Source of the DNA: a virus
Length of the DNA: 64,000 nucleotides
Reading direction: 5' to 3' (one strand)
Virus record (IMG/VR): IMGVR_UViG_3300032046_000022
Span: 3,261 to 67,260 of that record
The notes beneath the pieces were generated by a model. It saw nothing but the letters and a program-made list of their open reading frames with translations. It was not told the origin of the DNA and searched no databases. The position numbers and the translations under genes are program-made. Each line of letters begins with the position of its first letter. Positions within the stretch are counted from its first letter, which is position 1. Of this stretch, positions 10,125 to 19,615 are shown piece after piece.

Positions 10125-11457
10125 TGGATTCGATTCAGGCTTTATAGATTCGCTTTTGCATTTGATGGTTTCGGACGTCAAATTCATGCGCGAGAATGAG
10201 GCCGGACTGAGAGCGGAGCTATTCGTAGACGACTTGCGAATGAAACTGGCTGATATAGCGCTGAAGTTCTACAAGTCGAGCGGTTGCGTGGCCAAGAATT
10301 TGTACTTGGATTTTATAAGCAAGATGTGCGATGATGAGCGTCTTCCAGAGGCGCGGATTCGTTTGCTGAAAGAGAAGGCGAGCGAGATACAGAAGGCGAG
10401 CGCAAATGCGGACTATGTCTCGTCGAGGCTCGAGCAGTATTTCTCTTTTGCAAAACTGAAAACGCTTCGTTACCAGTTGGACCGAATGATTGACTCTGGT
10501 GATGTGGAAGGCGCAAAGGGCGCGGTGAGAGCTACACAAATCGAGATCGGCAAGAATGGTCACAAGCCGGTGGATTATTTCGCGAATATTTCGCAGCGTG
10601 TTTTGCGTCGCGAGACTTTGCAGACGCAGGAGGATGGCGTTCAATTTTTGATTCCGACGCTTCATCAGAAGGGAGTGTTCGCGCATCGTGGCGAGATAAC
10701 GCTCGTGATCGCGCCGTCAAAGCGCGGCAAATCTGTCTTCCTCACCCATATCGGCCGGTGTGCAATTTTCACAGGCCACAACGTCCTGCACGTGAGCCTC
10801 GAGAATCCGATCTCGATGGTTGAGGACCGATATGATGCGATGCTGAGCGGGCTGGAAGTTGAACATTTGCGGCTTCTGGCTGATCGGCTCCAAACTAAAA
10901 TTGAGAAAGCCGCTGAGATGGCAAAAGGTCGACTGTATATTCTTTGGAAGATGGCCAGAACTTATTCGCCGATAGATTTGAAAGCGGATGTGGAGCGGAT
11001 GCGGATGGAGGGAAAACGGATCGACACGGTGATTATAGATTATGGCGAGCTATTGAAGCCGGTGGAGCGCCATGGCGGAGAATCCTCGATGCGCGCTATG
11101 CGCGATGATATTTTTGTGAACTTGCGCGGCATAGCTACAAAGTTGGATTTCGTATGCGTGACAGCTCAGCAGACGCCGTTGAAAAAGCGAACCAAGTTTC
11201 GGATCTATATGGAAGATGGCCAGGAGTCGAGCATGCCGGCTCAACACAGCAGTTTGATTATGACGCTGAACCAAACAAACGAGGAACAAGCTGCTGGTGA
11301 GATGCGACTTTATGTCGATGGATATTGGCATGGTCCGTCTGGTAAGCAAATTGGAGATATTCTTTTGAAACAGGATCTTGCGCGCATGCAATTTTGTCTA
11401 AAAGAGATTCCTGTTTTGCAAGGCGTGGAGGCTGTGACGGCGGCGACTTCGCCATAG
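10087..11457 (+). CDS. dnaB: Replicative DnaB-family (SF4) helicase
   Basis: Walker A APSKRGKS, HVSLEN, VIIDYGELL, TAQQ motifs. Confidence 0.85.
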   Translation: MAAPQNLRMDNFNGFDSGFIDSLLHLMVSDVKFMRENEAGLRAELFVDDLRMKLADIALKFYKSSGCVAKNLYLDFISKMCDDERLPEARIRLLKEKASEIQKASANADYVSSRLEQYFSFAKLKTLRYQLDRMIDSGDVEGAKGAVRATQIEIGKNGHKPVDYFANISQRVLRRETLQTQEDGVQFLIPTLHQKGVFAHRGEITLVIAPSKRGKSVFLTHIGRCAIFTGHNVLHVSLENPISMVEDRYDAMLSGLEVEHLRLLADRLQTKIEKAAEMAKGRLYILWKMARTYSPIDLKADVERMRMEGKRIDTVIIDYGELLKPVERHGGESSMRAMRDDIFVNLRGIATKLDFVCVTAQQTPLKKRTKFRIYMEDGQESSMPAQHSSLIMTLNQTNEEQAAGEMRLYVDGYWHGPSGKQIGDILLKQDLARMQFCLKEIPVLQGVEAVTAATSP

Positions 11458-11471
11458 ACGAGTTTTGGATT

Positions 11472-11826
11472 TTGTGGCGCAGGCATGTGTGCCGGTGGCT
11501 TTCAGTCTGGGTGCTCCATGTAGAGTGGAGGGGCACGCCCGTGCTGATTCCAAGGCTACTGCAATTTCATACCGGCATGGGGTCATGCGATCCCACCTGC
11601 GCCACTCAAGTTGTGGGTGCAGTCCAATGGTGGAGCTAGATAATTCAACAATTAGCCAAATGGTTGAATTGATATCTCACAAGATTGCTCTGGCTGAGGC
11701 GCGTGCCTTACTGCATCCACTCAAGTTGTGGAGACCGTGATGGGAACCAAGCCCCATATAACTGATGCAAGAGGGATACTTGCAGATGACGTTATGCCCG
11801 ATCCAGGACACGGGTCTCCACTCAAG
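11472..11826 (+). ncRNA. Tandem array of three structured RNA units (TTGTGG...CCACTCAAG)
   Basis: Three 10-12 bp closing stems with different sequences but identical termini, internal hairpins, no credible ORF. Confidence 0.55.
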
Positions 11827-12062
11827 AATGCCAGCCGACCGGCAGGAGGATGAGATGACAAGGAAGCTGGATACTGATTACTTGGTTCTGAAGCGGTGTA
11901 CGAAGGAACTTCTCAAATCGTCAAATGCGAGAATGCTCAAGGCCAATCTAGAATTCCTCATGGAAAAGTTTGTGATTCATCCAGACAAGGAATGGCAACG
12001 GGATTTCTGGTCCAAGCGCAAGTAGCCGCCCGAGCCGCCGTAACGAGTGTGAAGGAGGGGGA

Positions 12063-12494
12063 ATGAGAGATTCTGACACAGAATACATTAAGCGAATGGG
12101 GGATCGGATCGCCGAGCTGGAACGCGATCGGCAGATGTACGTCAACTCCTCGGATCGACTTACGGCTCAGGTGAAGGAGCTGGAGGCCACAATTTCCGAA
12201 AAGGACAAGTGCCTATATGAACTGGAGGATGAGATCATTCGTTTACAGCCCATAATAGACGCAGAGAACAAGCGCATCGCGGAGCTGGAGGCCGAGCTTG
12301 CAAAGATCAGGGCGCGAACTTGCAAGGCGTGCGCTCACTGGTACGACGAGTACCACGATGGATTTGCTACCTGCTCCAAGTGGTCCTCCTACTCGTTACC
12401 GGCTGATCCGAGATGCGGCGGTACACACTACGTCAAGACAGGTAAAGATGGATTCTGCTACCTTTGGGCTGAGAAAGAATCGGAGAGCGTATGA
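12063..12494 (+). CDS. Coiled-coil + Cys-rich hypothetical protein
   Basis: RIAELE repeats, CxxC. Confidence 0.55.
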   Translation: MRDSDTEYIKRMGDRIAELERDRQMYVNSSDRLTAQVKELEATISEKDKCLYELEDEIIRLQPIIDAENKRIAELEAELAKIRARTCKACAHWYDEYHDGFATCSKWSSYSLPADPRCGGTHYVKTGKDGFCYLWAEKESESV

Positions 12495-12742
12495 GTCACC
12501 CCTTCATAGTCAAGATCAGTCTAGACAAGGCAGAAGTTCGCATCGCGGGGCTGGAGGCTGAGAATCTTGCCCTAGTGAAGATGCTCAAAAGGTACGAGTG
12601 GCAGTTCTTCGAGGGGGGAGTTGGATATCCCAACGATGAAGAGACTTGTGCTATTTGTGAGGCGAAGCGGAGTGAGGGACATACCGAGGACTGTGCTTAC
12701 AATAAGTTGATGAAGAGTCCTACAGCGAGGGCGGGGAAATGA
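12491..12742 (+). CDS. Hypothetical Zn-finger protein
   Basis: CAIC...GHTEDC. Confidence 0.5.
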   Translation: MSHPFIVKISLDKAEVRIAGLEAENLALVKMLKRYEWQFFEGGVGYPNDEETCAICEAKRSEGHTEDCAYNKLMKSPTARAGK

Positions 12743-12835
12743 GTGAAGGGGAATGCAGCCGAGAAGAACAGGAAACTTTTCAGGCCGAAAATACGCCTGT
12801 CGAATCTAATGGAATTTGAAAAGGAGGATGCCGAG

Positions 12836-13333
12836 ATGAAGATGACTTTTCAGGAATTCACTTTGAAGTATCGTGGGGCGTACAAGAGCGACGGACAACC
12901 ATATGTGTTTCCAGCTGACATCGATGCTGTGGCCGGAAGTACGGGACTCGATAAGGCGCAGATAGTTGAGTGGATTTCGGCGTGGTACGAGATACAAGCG
13001 GCGTATGTCAAAGAGAGAAATTGTATGCCATCTATTAAGGAGATCATTGCCGAGTACAATCGCGCTCACGGAATAGTGGAGCCATCTCCGCCTCCTCCTA
13101 TTGTCCCGATCGCGGTCCCGCCAAGAGATCCGGCCGCGACGGTGGGCACGATGTTTGGCAGATATCAGCCACCGCGCACGGTGCCAACGGGCGTGGTGTG
13201 TTTGGCTCAGCTTACGGTGGATCAGTTTGTGGTGCTTATGCACGAGCTGATGGATCAGCATTCTGCTCCGGTTGTAGACGAGAAGGTCGCGATGCGAGCG
13301 AAATTACAGGCGGCGCTGGCGGCGCTGGAGTAG
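12836..13333 (+). CDS. Hypothetical protein
   Basis: AGGAGG RBS before ATG 12836. Confidence 0.55.
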   Translation: MKMTFQEFTLKYRGAYKSDGQPYVFPADIDAVAGSTGLDKAQIVEWISAWYEIQAAYVKERNCMPSIKEIIAEYNRAHGIVEPSPPPPIVPIAVPPRDPAATVGTMFGRYQPPRTVPTGVVCLAQLTVDQFVVLMHELMDQHSAPVVDEKVAMRAKLQAALAALE

Positions 13334-13377
13334 TAATTTGGACAGTGGAAATCCCTTGGTGCAGATCGGAGAATAAG

Positions 13378-13887
13378 ATGGATTGGTTAAACTGGAAAAG
13401 TATCGCAACAACTCTGGCGCTGGGTGCTTTGGGCGTATGCGGTAATTGGGCGAAAGGAACTTATAACGAGTACAAGAACGTAGTCACCAGTATCAATGCG
13501 CACATGGTCGAGGAGGCGCAGCAGCAACAACAACAAATCGAGACCAGAGCGTTGCTTAAGCAGATCGCGGCGGACATAGGCGACGTGAAGAAGATGACAT
13601 TGACTATCATGGGTGTGGCGAAGGTTCAGAGTGATGGCGGAGACGAGGCGAGCGCTCTCGTCAATCTAAACGGTCGCGCCATGATGTATAAAGAAGGACA
13701 GCGCGTGCGCGTGACTAACATGGTGTCGGCAGAGCAGGAATCTGTGATCGTCAAGATAAATGGCACGTTCACGATGCCAGACGAGGATAAACTTCTGTTG
13801 TTGTCGAAGAAGGCTGGGGCGATGCTTAGTCTCCAGCCGAATCAAGTGGCGAGAGTCAAGCTGGAGCCTGTATCGGGAGAGAAATAA
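13378..13887 (+). CDS. Membrane-anchored protein with RlpA-like double-psi beta-barrel C-terminus
   Basis: N-terminal hydrophobic helix, coiled coil, VRVTN...SVIVKING...LLLSKKAGAML...VKLE. Confidence 0.5.
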   Translation: MDWLNWKSIATTLALGALGVCGNWAKGTYNEYKNVVTSINAHMVEEAQQQQQQIETRALLKQIAADIGDVKKMTLTIMGVAKVQSDGGDEASALVNLNGRAMMYKEGQRVRVTNMVSAEQESVIVKINGTFTMPDEDKLLLLSKKAGAMLSLQPNQVARVKLEPVSGEK

Positions 13888-14551
13888 TGGAGAAATTTTG
13901 GTATCAGTTGGCGTGGTGTCTGCCGCGCCGGTTGGCGTATTGGTGCTTTGTTAGAGTTGCATCTCACGCCACAGCTGGTCGGTGGAGCAGCGAAATTCCT
14001 GACAATGTTTCGATAGTGACCGCTGCTGGTCGGTGGAAGGAATGAGGTGCGATGCCAATAATCAAAATATGTACTGAGGATGGGCGGGAAGTTGCAGTTA
14101 TTGATCCTGAAAAAGTAGGAGAGTGGAAAAAGACGATAAACGTGATTAGGGATGCTTGTGGCGAAGTCTGGGAGAAGGAGGAGAAAGAAAATGATGGTCC
14201 GAGAACTTTGGCTGGCAATTCCGACACGGACTAAGTCAGCAGTCAGATGGGCTGCGCTCGGATTCTTACTTGGACAGCTTATGGGGACGATCAATACGAT
14301 TCTGGCGGGCGTCGCATTGTTCCTTCGACTGAGGTGTGGATTATGATGGAATGTCGCTGGTGTCTGAAGATGGCGGAGACGAGTGGGCTGATAGTCGAGT
14401 TTGGTCGGAAATATCAAAGAAAAAGGAATATCCAAATTTGCGCGCCGTGTAAGATAAAGGCATTCGCAAGGCCGAAGCCGATAGAGTCCTTTCTCGAGGC
14501 AGGTTTGGCTGTGAGTCGGTCCTTCATTATATATAAGGCAGAGAAGACGGC

Positions 14552-15424
14552 GTGAACGCGGAACAGGTAATTTCTGGGCAACCGAGAGCGCATCGTGGCA
14601 CCGGAGGCGAGTGGACTATTCTGTGTCCATGGCATCAGGAGCATTCGCCCAGCTGTTGCGTGAATGTCGACAAGAAGGTTTTCATTTGTCACGGCTGCGG
14701 CGAAAAGGGCCGGCTCACAAAGCTGATCGCGCGTCTTCAAAACATAACGTGGAACGAAGCGGCGCGAATCGCTGATGAGGCTGTTCATTTTTATAGTAAG
14801 GAAATCGAATCAGGAAAAATTCAATTGCCGAAGGAATTCAGCCGCCTCCCTCGCGGTGGACATTTCGGGCAAATTGCTATGAGTTATCTTGCTGGCCGGC
14901 GGATCACCCAGGAGCAAGTGGTCCGGCATGGAATTGGATTTTGCATCACCGGAAAATATGCCTTTCGAATTATCGTGCCGATTCGTCTGAACGGTGCGCT
15001 GGTGAGTTTTGTTGCGCGCGATTTCACCGGCAAAGCGGAGCGCAAGGTCCGCTATCCAATAGGCGCTCGAGCGGCAGAAGCGATTTTCAATTATGATGCA
15101 GCGCTCGCTCACGCGAAAACTGTCGTGATAACAGAAGGCTGGGCGGACGCGCTTGCGGTCGAGCGCGTTATTCAGCGTGATGGAGTTCTTAATTCTTGGA
15201 CTGCGACCGCAATTGGTGGGAAGGAATTGACGATCGAAAAACGGGAATTGTTTCGACAATTCAAAAATTTTTTGATTGTGCTTGATAGAGATGCAGCGCG
15301 TGAGGCGGCACTTATGCGAGAGCAGCTGGATGCTTTTCGCAATGTGGCAGTGCGCATCGTTTCGGTGACGGCAAAAGACCCGGCAGAAGAGTCTGAAGAG
15401 AGTTTGATAACACTTTTGAGGTGA
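14552..15424 (+). CDS. DNA primase (CHC2 zinc finger + TOPRIM)
   Basis: CPWHQEHSPS...CHGCGEKG; TEGWAD; LDRD. Confidence 0.9.
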   Translation: MNAEQVISGQPRAHRGTGGEWTILCPWHQEHSPSCCVNVDKKVFICHGCGEKGRLTKLIARLQNITWNEAARIADEAVHFYSKEIESGKIQLPKEFSRLPRGGHFGQIAMSYLAGRRITQEQVVRHGIGFCITGKYAFRIIVPIRLNGALVSFVARDFTGKAERKVRYPIGARAAEAIFNYDAALAHAKTVVITEGWADALAVERVIQRDGVLNSWTATAIGGKELTIEKRELFRQFKNFLIVLDRDAAREAALMREQLDAFRNVAVRIVSVTAKDPAEESEESLITLLR

Positions 15425-15434
15425 GGGAGGCTGT

Positions 15435-15647
15435 GTGATAGTCGACACGAAAAGTTTGCTGACGCGGCGCGTTGCTGCGGAGTTGTATGGGGTGGCCGCG
15501 CAGGGACTGGATTACTTGATGCGGCGCGGTTATTTGCGTCCGGTTTTTTCGATGGGGCATACGAAATTGTTTTTGCGCCGGGACATTCTCGCTGTAAAAA
15601 AAATGAATCTCCGTCGTGGCCGGCCAAAGCAAAAAAAGGCTGTGTGA
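15435..15647 (+). CDS. Small helix-turn-helix (excisionase-like) protein
   Basis: LLTRRVAAELYGV...RRGYL...RRGRPK; GGGAGG RBS. Confidence 0.6.
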   Translation: MIVDTKSLLTRRVAAELYGVAAQGLDYLMRRGYLRPVFSMGHTKLFLRRDILAVKKMNLRRGRPKQKKAV

Positions 15648-15683
15648 ATTTGTCGAATAATCCGCCGCAAAACTCAGTGAAAT

Positions 15684-15716
15684 AAATGGCCAAAAGTTAT
15701 TTTTTGGCCATTTTTT
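15684..15716 (+). terminator. Rho-independent terminator
   Basis: AAATGGCCAAAA/TTTTGGCCATTT stem plus T run. Confidence 0.7.
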
Positions 15717-15889
15717 GTGTAAAGGTGTGCCCGTAACTGGTTGATTCTTATCAAGATCTGGGACACAAAAAAATGCATCATTTCTGGTGTGTGTTCATGC
15801 ACCTTCTGTGGATCGACACTGTCCGCGAATGCATAAACATTGGAGAAAATAATCCTTTTTATCTGAAAGCATTAGGCGCAAGATAATGG

Positions 15890-16456
15890 TATGAGATACG
15901 AAATACATACAGGGAGGGGGGTGGCGGGAAGCCAAACGAAATAACTCGCGGAAACGCGACCCCAACTGAGGCCGAAAACGGCTGACTGGGGCAACGCCGG
16001 AAGCGGGAAAAAAGAAAGGGCAGAGAGCGCGGTGGCCTCGGCAGATGGTGAAGTCCGGCGGCGAAATTCCGACCGGAGCCAAACTCTCATAAGAGAAAAA
16101 ACCCAGCGGGAAAAGGGGCGGTAAGACGCCAACCGAAAACAAAAAAATCCAGAGCCAAAACAAACGAGACCCCGAAAGCGATGATCCACGAAAGTGGGAA
16201 GCCAGTAGGCAAAATCTCTGAGGCGACGAGCAGACTGAACTGCTTGCAGACCGGTAACAGTCCGGTTACGGACGAAATCTAGGACTCGTGATACTCCATC
16301 CCAGAATAGCAGCGCAGAATCCAAAGCGATTTGAAACTGCGGCACGCGCGAAAAAACGGATCGACGGTAAGATGGACGGGTAGCGAGCGACGGAGAGTAG
16401 AAAAAACTGATGTGGCGAAGACGCGCGAAAGCGCTGAGCCGTCTCTAAAATGAATT
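15890..16456 (+). ncRNA. Candidate large structured ncRNA (about 570-600 nt)
   Basis: No + strand ORF, purine-rich, many hairpins with GAAA-type loops; ends at the first twister ribozyme. Confidence 0.6.
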
Positions 16457-16533
16457 GCAGAGTGGCGGGAAGGAAACGCATTTCCTTTCCGCAAATGCGC
16501 TGGCTCATGGCGAGTCACCGGTCACAAGTCCGG
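16457..16533 (+). ncRNA. Twister ribozyme 1 (circularly permuted)
   Basis: GCAGAGTG-P1 hairpin-AAATGCGC-P3-CCGGTCACAAGTCCGG; A replaces U at the cleavage site. Confidence 0.75.
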
Positions 16534-16542
16534 AAGGAGACT

Positions 16543-17076
16543 ATGGAAAACGAAAAAGTACAGACGCTCGAGGGAACGTTTCGCAAACTGTTTGCTGTGT
16601 CGACGAACTTGCCGCTGAAGCTCGAATGTGATGTGAAGCCAGTGCTGGACGGAAAGATCCGCGAGAACGCTGAGCGGCTCGCTTTCGTCCTGGCCGGCAA
16701 TGCCTATTTTACGATAGAGAATACTCAAAGCGGAAATCGCTTCACGTTCCGCGTGAGCGCGAACAAAAAGGAAAGCGAAGTCACCCATTGGGTCTGTGTT
16801 CTCACCGGACCGGATAATCTTTCCAATTACACTTTCATTGGCTTTATCAAAGCCGGCGAATTCTTCCACAGTCGCAAGGGCGGCATCGGAAACGATGCAC
16901 AGAGCGTTCGAGTTTTTGCTTGGTTCTTCAAGAATCTGAAAGCAAACTCAGTGCCGGAATTCATTTTGTTCTGGCATATGGGGCGATGTTGCCGTTGCGG
17001 ACGTGCTCTTACAGTGCCGGAATCGGTGGCGGCTGGGATCGGTCCTGAGTGCGCCAGCATGGTGTCTGGATTCTAG
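16543..17076 (+). CDS. DUF6011-like Zn-finger protein
   Basis: GRCCRCGRALTVPESVAAGIGPEC; AAGGAG RBS directly after ribozyme 1. Confidence 0.7.
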   Translation: MENEKVQTLEGTFRKLFAVSTNLPLKLECDVKPVLDGKIRENAERLAFVLAGNAYFTIENTQSGNRFTFRVSANKKESEVTHWVCVLTGPDNLSNYTFIGFIKAGEFFHSRKGGIGNDAQSVRVFAWFFKNLKANSVPEFILFWHMGRCCRCGRALTVPESVAAGIGPECASMVSGF

Positions 17077-17149
17077 CAGAGTGGGACCGGTGCTCGACGC
17101 CGGTCTTAATGCGCTGCGCTCATGGTGAGCGCACCGGTCACAAGTCCGG
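17076..17149 (+). ncRNA. Twister ribozyme 2
   Basis: GCAGAGTG-GGACCGG..CCGGTCT-TAATGCGC-TGCGCTCA/TGAGCGCA-CCGGTCACAAGTCCGG. Confidence 0.85.
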
Positions 17150-17160
17150 AGGAGGCTAAG

Positions 17161-17349
17161 ATGAACGCAAAACAGATAAAAGAGATCGCGACGGCGGCGG
17201 CATATTTGAAGTCCGCTGAGGATGAATATTACAAATATCACACCAAGAATAATATGATAGGACTCGCGCTTGCCGATCTTATGAAAAGAGCAAAGCTGAT
17301 CTACGAAGACGCTCTAAAAGGAATTTCGCTTGAGGAGAGCGGTCGATAG
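17161..17349 (+). CDS. Small hypothetical protein
   Basis: GGAGG RBS, between ribozymes 2 and 3. Confidence 0.6.
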   Translation: MNAKQIKEIATAAAYLKSAEDEYYKYHTKNNMIGLALADLMKRAKLIYEDALKGISLEESGR

Positions 17350-17421
17350 CAGAGTGGGTCCGGCGCTCGACGCCGGTCTTAATGCGCGGCTCCATGGTGG
17401 AGCCTCCGGTCACAAGTCCGG
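17349..17421 (+). ncRNA. Twister ribozyme 3
   Basis: Same core with variant P3 GGCTCCA/TGGAGCC. Confidence 0.85.
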
Positions 17422-17444
17422 TTTTTGAAATTGGAGACAAGAAA

Positions 17445-18131
17445 ATGAACGCGAACAATTCTATCATCATCACCGATCGCAACTTGACCACAACCGAAGA
17501 GCAGGCAATTCTCGAAACGGGAATGATGGATCTGGCAGACTTTATGGACACCTTCCAGTATCTGGCCTTTGTGCTTGACGGCTCCGGAAGTATGTTTTGG
17601 GGTATCAATTCAGGCGACGGTCTTAACAAGGTGGAATTGGAGAAGAAGGTTATTCTCCGTTATGCCAAAGATAAGATTGGCGCGAAGGCGGACGGGATGA
17701 AAGTGGCGATCGTCGAGTTTGGCAGCAAGGCCCACATCCATCTTCGTGGCTCCAGTAGTCTGGCGGAAATCGAGGGCGGCGTGAATTTGATCGGGCATAT
17801 GGGCGGCGGAACCAATGCAAGCAAAGGAATCCGCGCTGGCTTGACTCTTCTCAAGAAGGGGAAGGGCATGATTCCGCGAATCATCTTGACGAGCGATGGT
17901 CAGATTCAGGATCTCCATCTTTGTCTCGAAGCGGCAGAACAGGCGAAGAGTGCTGGCGTGATCATCGATACCATTTACATCGGTGGCGGGTCTGAATGCG
18001 ATCACGGGAATGGCGAAATGCTCCGGCGGATCAGTTCAATTACCGGTGGCGTTCACGAGGAGATCACGGGAATGGGTGACTTCGAAGTGAAGTTCCTCAA
18101 GGTTGCGGACCGCATTCTTATCTCCGCATAA
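17445..18131 (+). CDS. von Willebrand factor A domain protein
   Basis: MIDAS DGSGSM, GGTN, LTSDG, IDTIYIG, ITGG. Confidence 0.85.
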   Translation: MNANNSIIITDRNLTTTEEQAILETGMMDLADFMDTFQYLAFVLDGSGSMFWGINSGDGLNKVELEKKVILRYAKDKIGAKADGMKVAIVEFGSKAHIHLRGSSSLAEIEGGVNLIGHMGGGTNASKGIRAGLTLLKKGKGMIPRIILTSDGQIQDLHLCLEAAEQAKSAGVIIDTIYIGGGSECDHGNGEMLRRISSITGGVHEEITGMGDFEVKFLKVADRILISA

Positions 18132-18142
18132 ATCTAATCAGT

Positions 18143-18217
18143 GCAGAGTGGGCTGGAGCAATCGCGCTCCGGCTTAATGCGCTGCGCTCGTGGTGAGCGC
18201 ACCGGTCACAAGTCCGG
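18143..18217 (+). ncRNA. Twister ribozyme 4
   Basis: Same core, P1 GGCTGGAGC/GCTCCGGCT. Confidence 0.85.
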
Positions 18218-18228
18218 AGGAGACTAAG

Positions 18229-18948
18229 ATGAACGCAAAGATGATTTTGAATAAATTGTATTCGTCTTTTTCCAAACAGGCTGACAGTGTAGAGGCGCGA
18301 TGTAGCGCTCTGGTTCAGGCTGTTGGAATTATGACGGGCGTTTGTGGAAGCCTGAAAGTTCTTCAGCTGCGCAATCCAAACGCGATGTACGTTCCTGCGG
18401 ACTCTGAAAAGCTGTGGGATCGCGCGAACAAGTGCAAGGCGCAAGCGATGGGCACAACATTTATTCACGAGAAAGAAGTCTCGCTCAGAATGTGCTTGCT
18501 TACACTTCAGAAGATGGCTGCGAAGGTGAGTCCGCCAAATCTGGAAGATTTTATTGCTAGGCTGGAAGTGAAACAGAAGGCGAAAGCAGAGAAGGTGGCG
18601 CGGGATGTAATCGCAAAAGCAAAGCGCACATCTCCGCGAGCGCCCAAGGTGGTCGGCTCGACTGCGAGTCCACGCTCTGTGAAGTCTACGGGGCATCCGT
18701 CTAATCTGGCTCCGCTTGGTCCAGACGGCGTGCCGCAATGGCGTCCTGGCTCGAGCGCCGATATTATTACTCAAGTCCTTTTCTCGAAACCGCAGATCAC
18801 GAAAGAAGAAGTGGTTGCGGCGGTAACGGGAAAGTTTCAGTCTTCCAATTTGGTTTGTCGCGTCATGATGGTCGCAGGATTTCTGATCAAGTTCGGAAAG
18901 CTGCGCCGCGTGAAAGTGAACGGGAAACCTGGGTGGGAGAGAATCTAA
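18229..18948 (+). CDS. Hypothetical protein with C-terminal winged-helix-like domain
   Basis: C-terminus resembles that of ORF 25539-26189. Confidence 0.55.
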   Translation: MNAKMILNKLYSSFSKQADSVEARCSALVQAVGIMTGVCGSLKVLQLRNPNAMYVPADSEKLWDRANKCKAQAMGTTFIHEKEVSLRMCLLTLQKMAAKVSPPNLEDFIARLEVKQKAKAEKVARDVIAKAKRTSPRAPKVVGSTASPRSVKSTGHPSNLAPLGPDGVPQWRPGSSADIITQVLFSKPQITKEEVVAAVTGKFQSSNLVCRVMMVAGFLIKFGKLRRVKVNGKPGWERI

Positions 18949-18953
18949 TCAGT

Positions 18954-19027
18954 GCAGAGTGGGCTGGAGCAATCGCGCTCCGGCTTAATGCGCGAGCGGG
19001 CTGTCCGCTCACCGGTCACAAGTCCGG
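18954..19027 (+). ncRNA. Twister ribozyme 5
   Basis: Same core, P3 GAGCGGG/TCCGCTC. Confidence 0.85.
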
Positions 19028-19045
19028 AAAATGGAGACAAAGAAA

Positions 19046-19525
19046 ATGACAAAGGAAACGATCGAAGGAATGCTCACGCGAATCGCTTTGGAATTCGACC
19101 GAGATTATCTCAATGAAATTGGGTTGGTGATCGGAGTCAAATTCACGAGATTTTTTAGTGACTGGCGGGAAATGCAGTACGGGCTGTGTGGTGTGACGTT
19201 TGGGATGTATGACGGGAACACGCGAGTCATATATTTGAATGCTTATTTCCACAAGATGCTGGAGCATGGTTTTTTTCTTAGTGAAGTAAAAGGTGTGATT
19301 TTTCACGAGTTGTGCCACGGCGCTCTTTTGAATTCGCTTCAGCCGATTCGACTTGGTATGTATCAGAGTGGACCAGCCGGTGATCATGGACCGGATTTCG
19401 AGGCGCTCGAGCACCGGTATTCCGATTATATTCGCAAGGATCGATTGCAGGCGATGATGCCCGATATTCTGGGCTGGATGCGCCATAACGTTCCGGCGAA
19501 ATTGCGAGAGGAGAGTGGTCGATAG
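19046..19525 (+). CDS. SprT-like zinc metalloprotease
   Basis: IYLN...VIFHELCH...DHGPDF. Confidence 0.75.
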   Translation: MTKETIEGMLTRIALEFDRDYLNEIGLVIGVKFTRFFSDWREMQYGLCGVTFGMYDGNTRVIYLNAYFHKMLEHGFFLSEVKGVIFHELCHGALLNSLQPIRLGMYQSGPAGDHGPDFEALEHRYSDYIRKDRLQAMMPDILGWMRHNVPAKLREESGR

Positions 19526-19598
19526 CAGAGTGGGACCGGTGCTCGACGCCGGTCTTAATGCGCTGCGCTCATGGTGAGCGCACCGGTCACAAGTCCGG
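19525..19598 (+). ncRNA. Twister ribozyme 6
   Basis: Identical to copy 2 over 74 nt. Confidence 0.85.
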
Positions 19599-19615
19599 AA
19601 AACGGAGATAAAAAA

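Noticed and set aside
11474-11821. tRNA genes (GG...CCA-like ends)
   Set aside because: No TTCRA T-loop or canonical anticodon arm; closing stems are 10-12 bp
15435-15647. Excisionase implying lysogeny
   Set aside because: No integrase, repressor or host flank in the window; a generic HTH is all that can be supported
16140-16270. Group I intron-like Q/R/S segments (AATCCAGAGCCAAA, CAGACTG, CAGTCC)
   Set aside because: No interrupted gene, no room for P3/P8, and the same bases form local hairpins; left to a covariance-model search
15960-16440. Hammerhead ribozyme cores
   Set aside because: No CUGANGA correctly placed with GAAA and three stems
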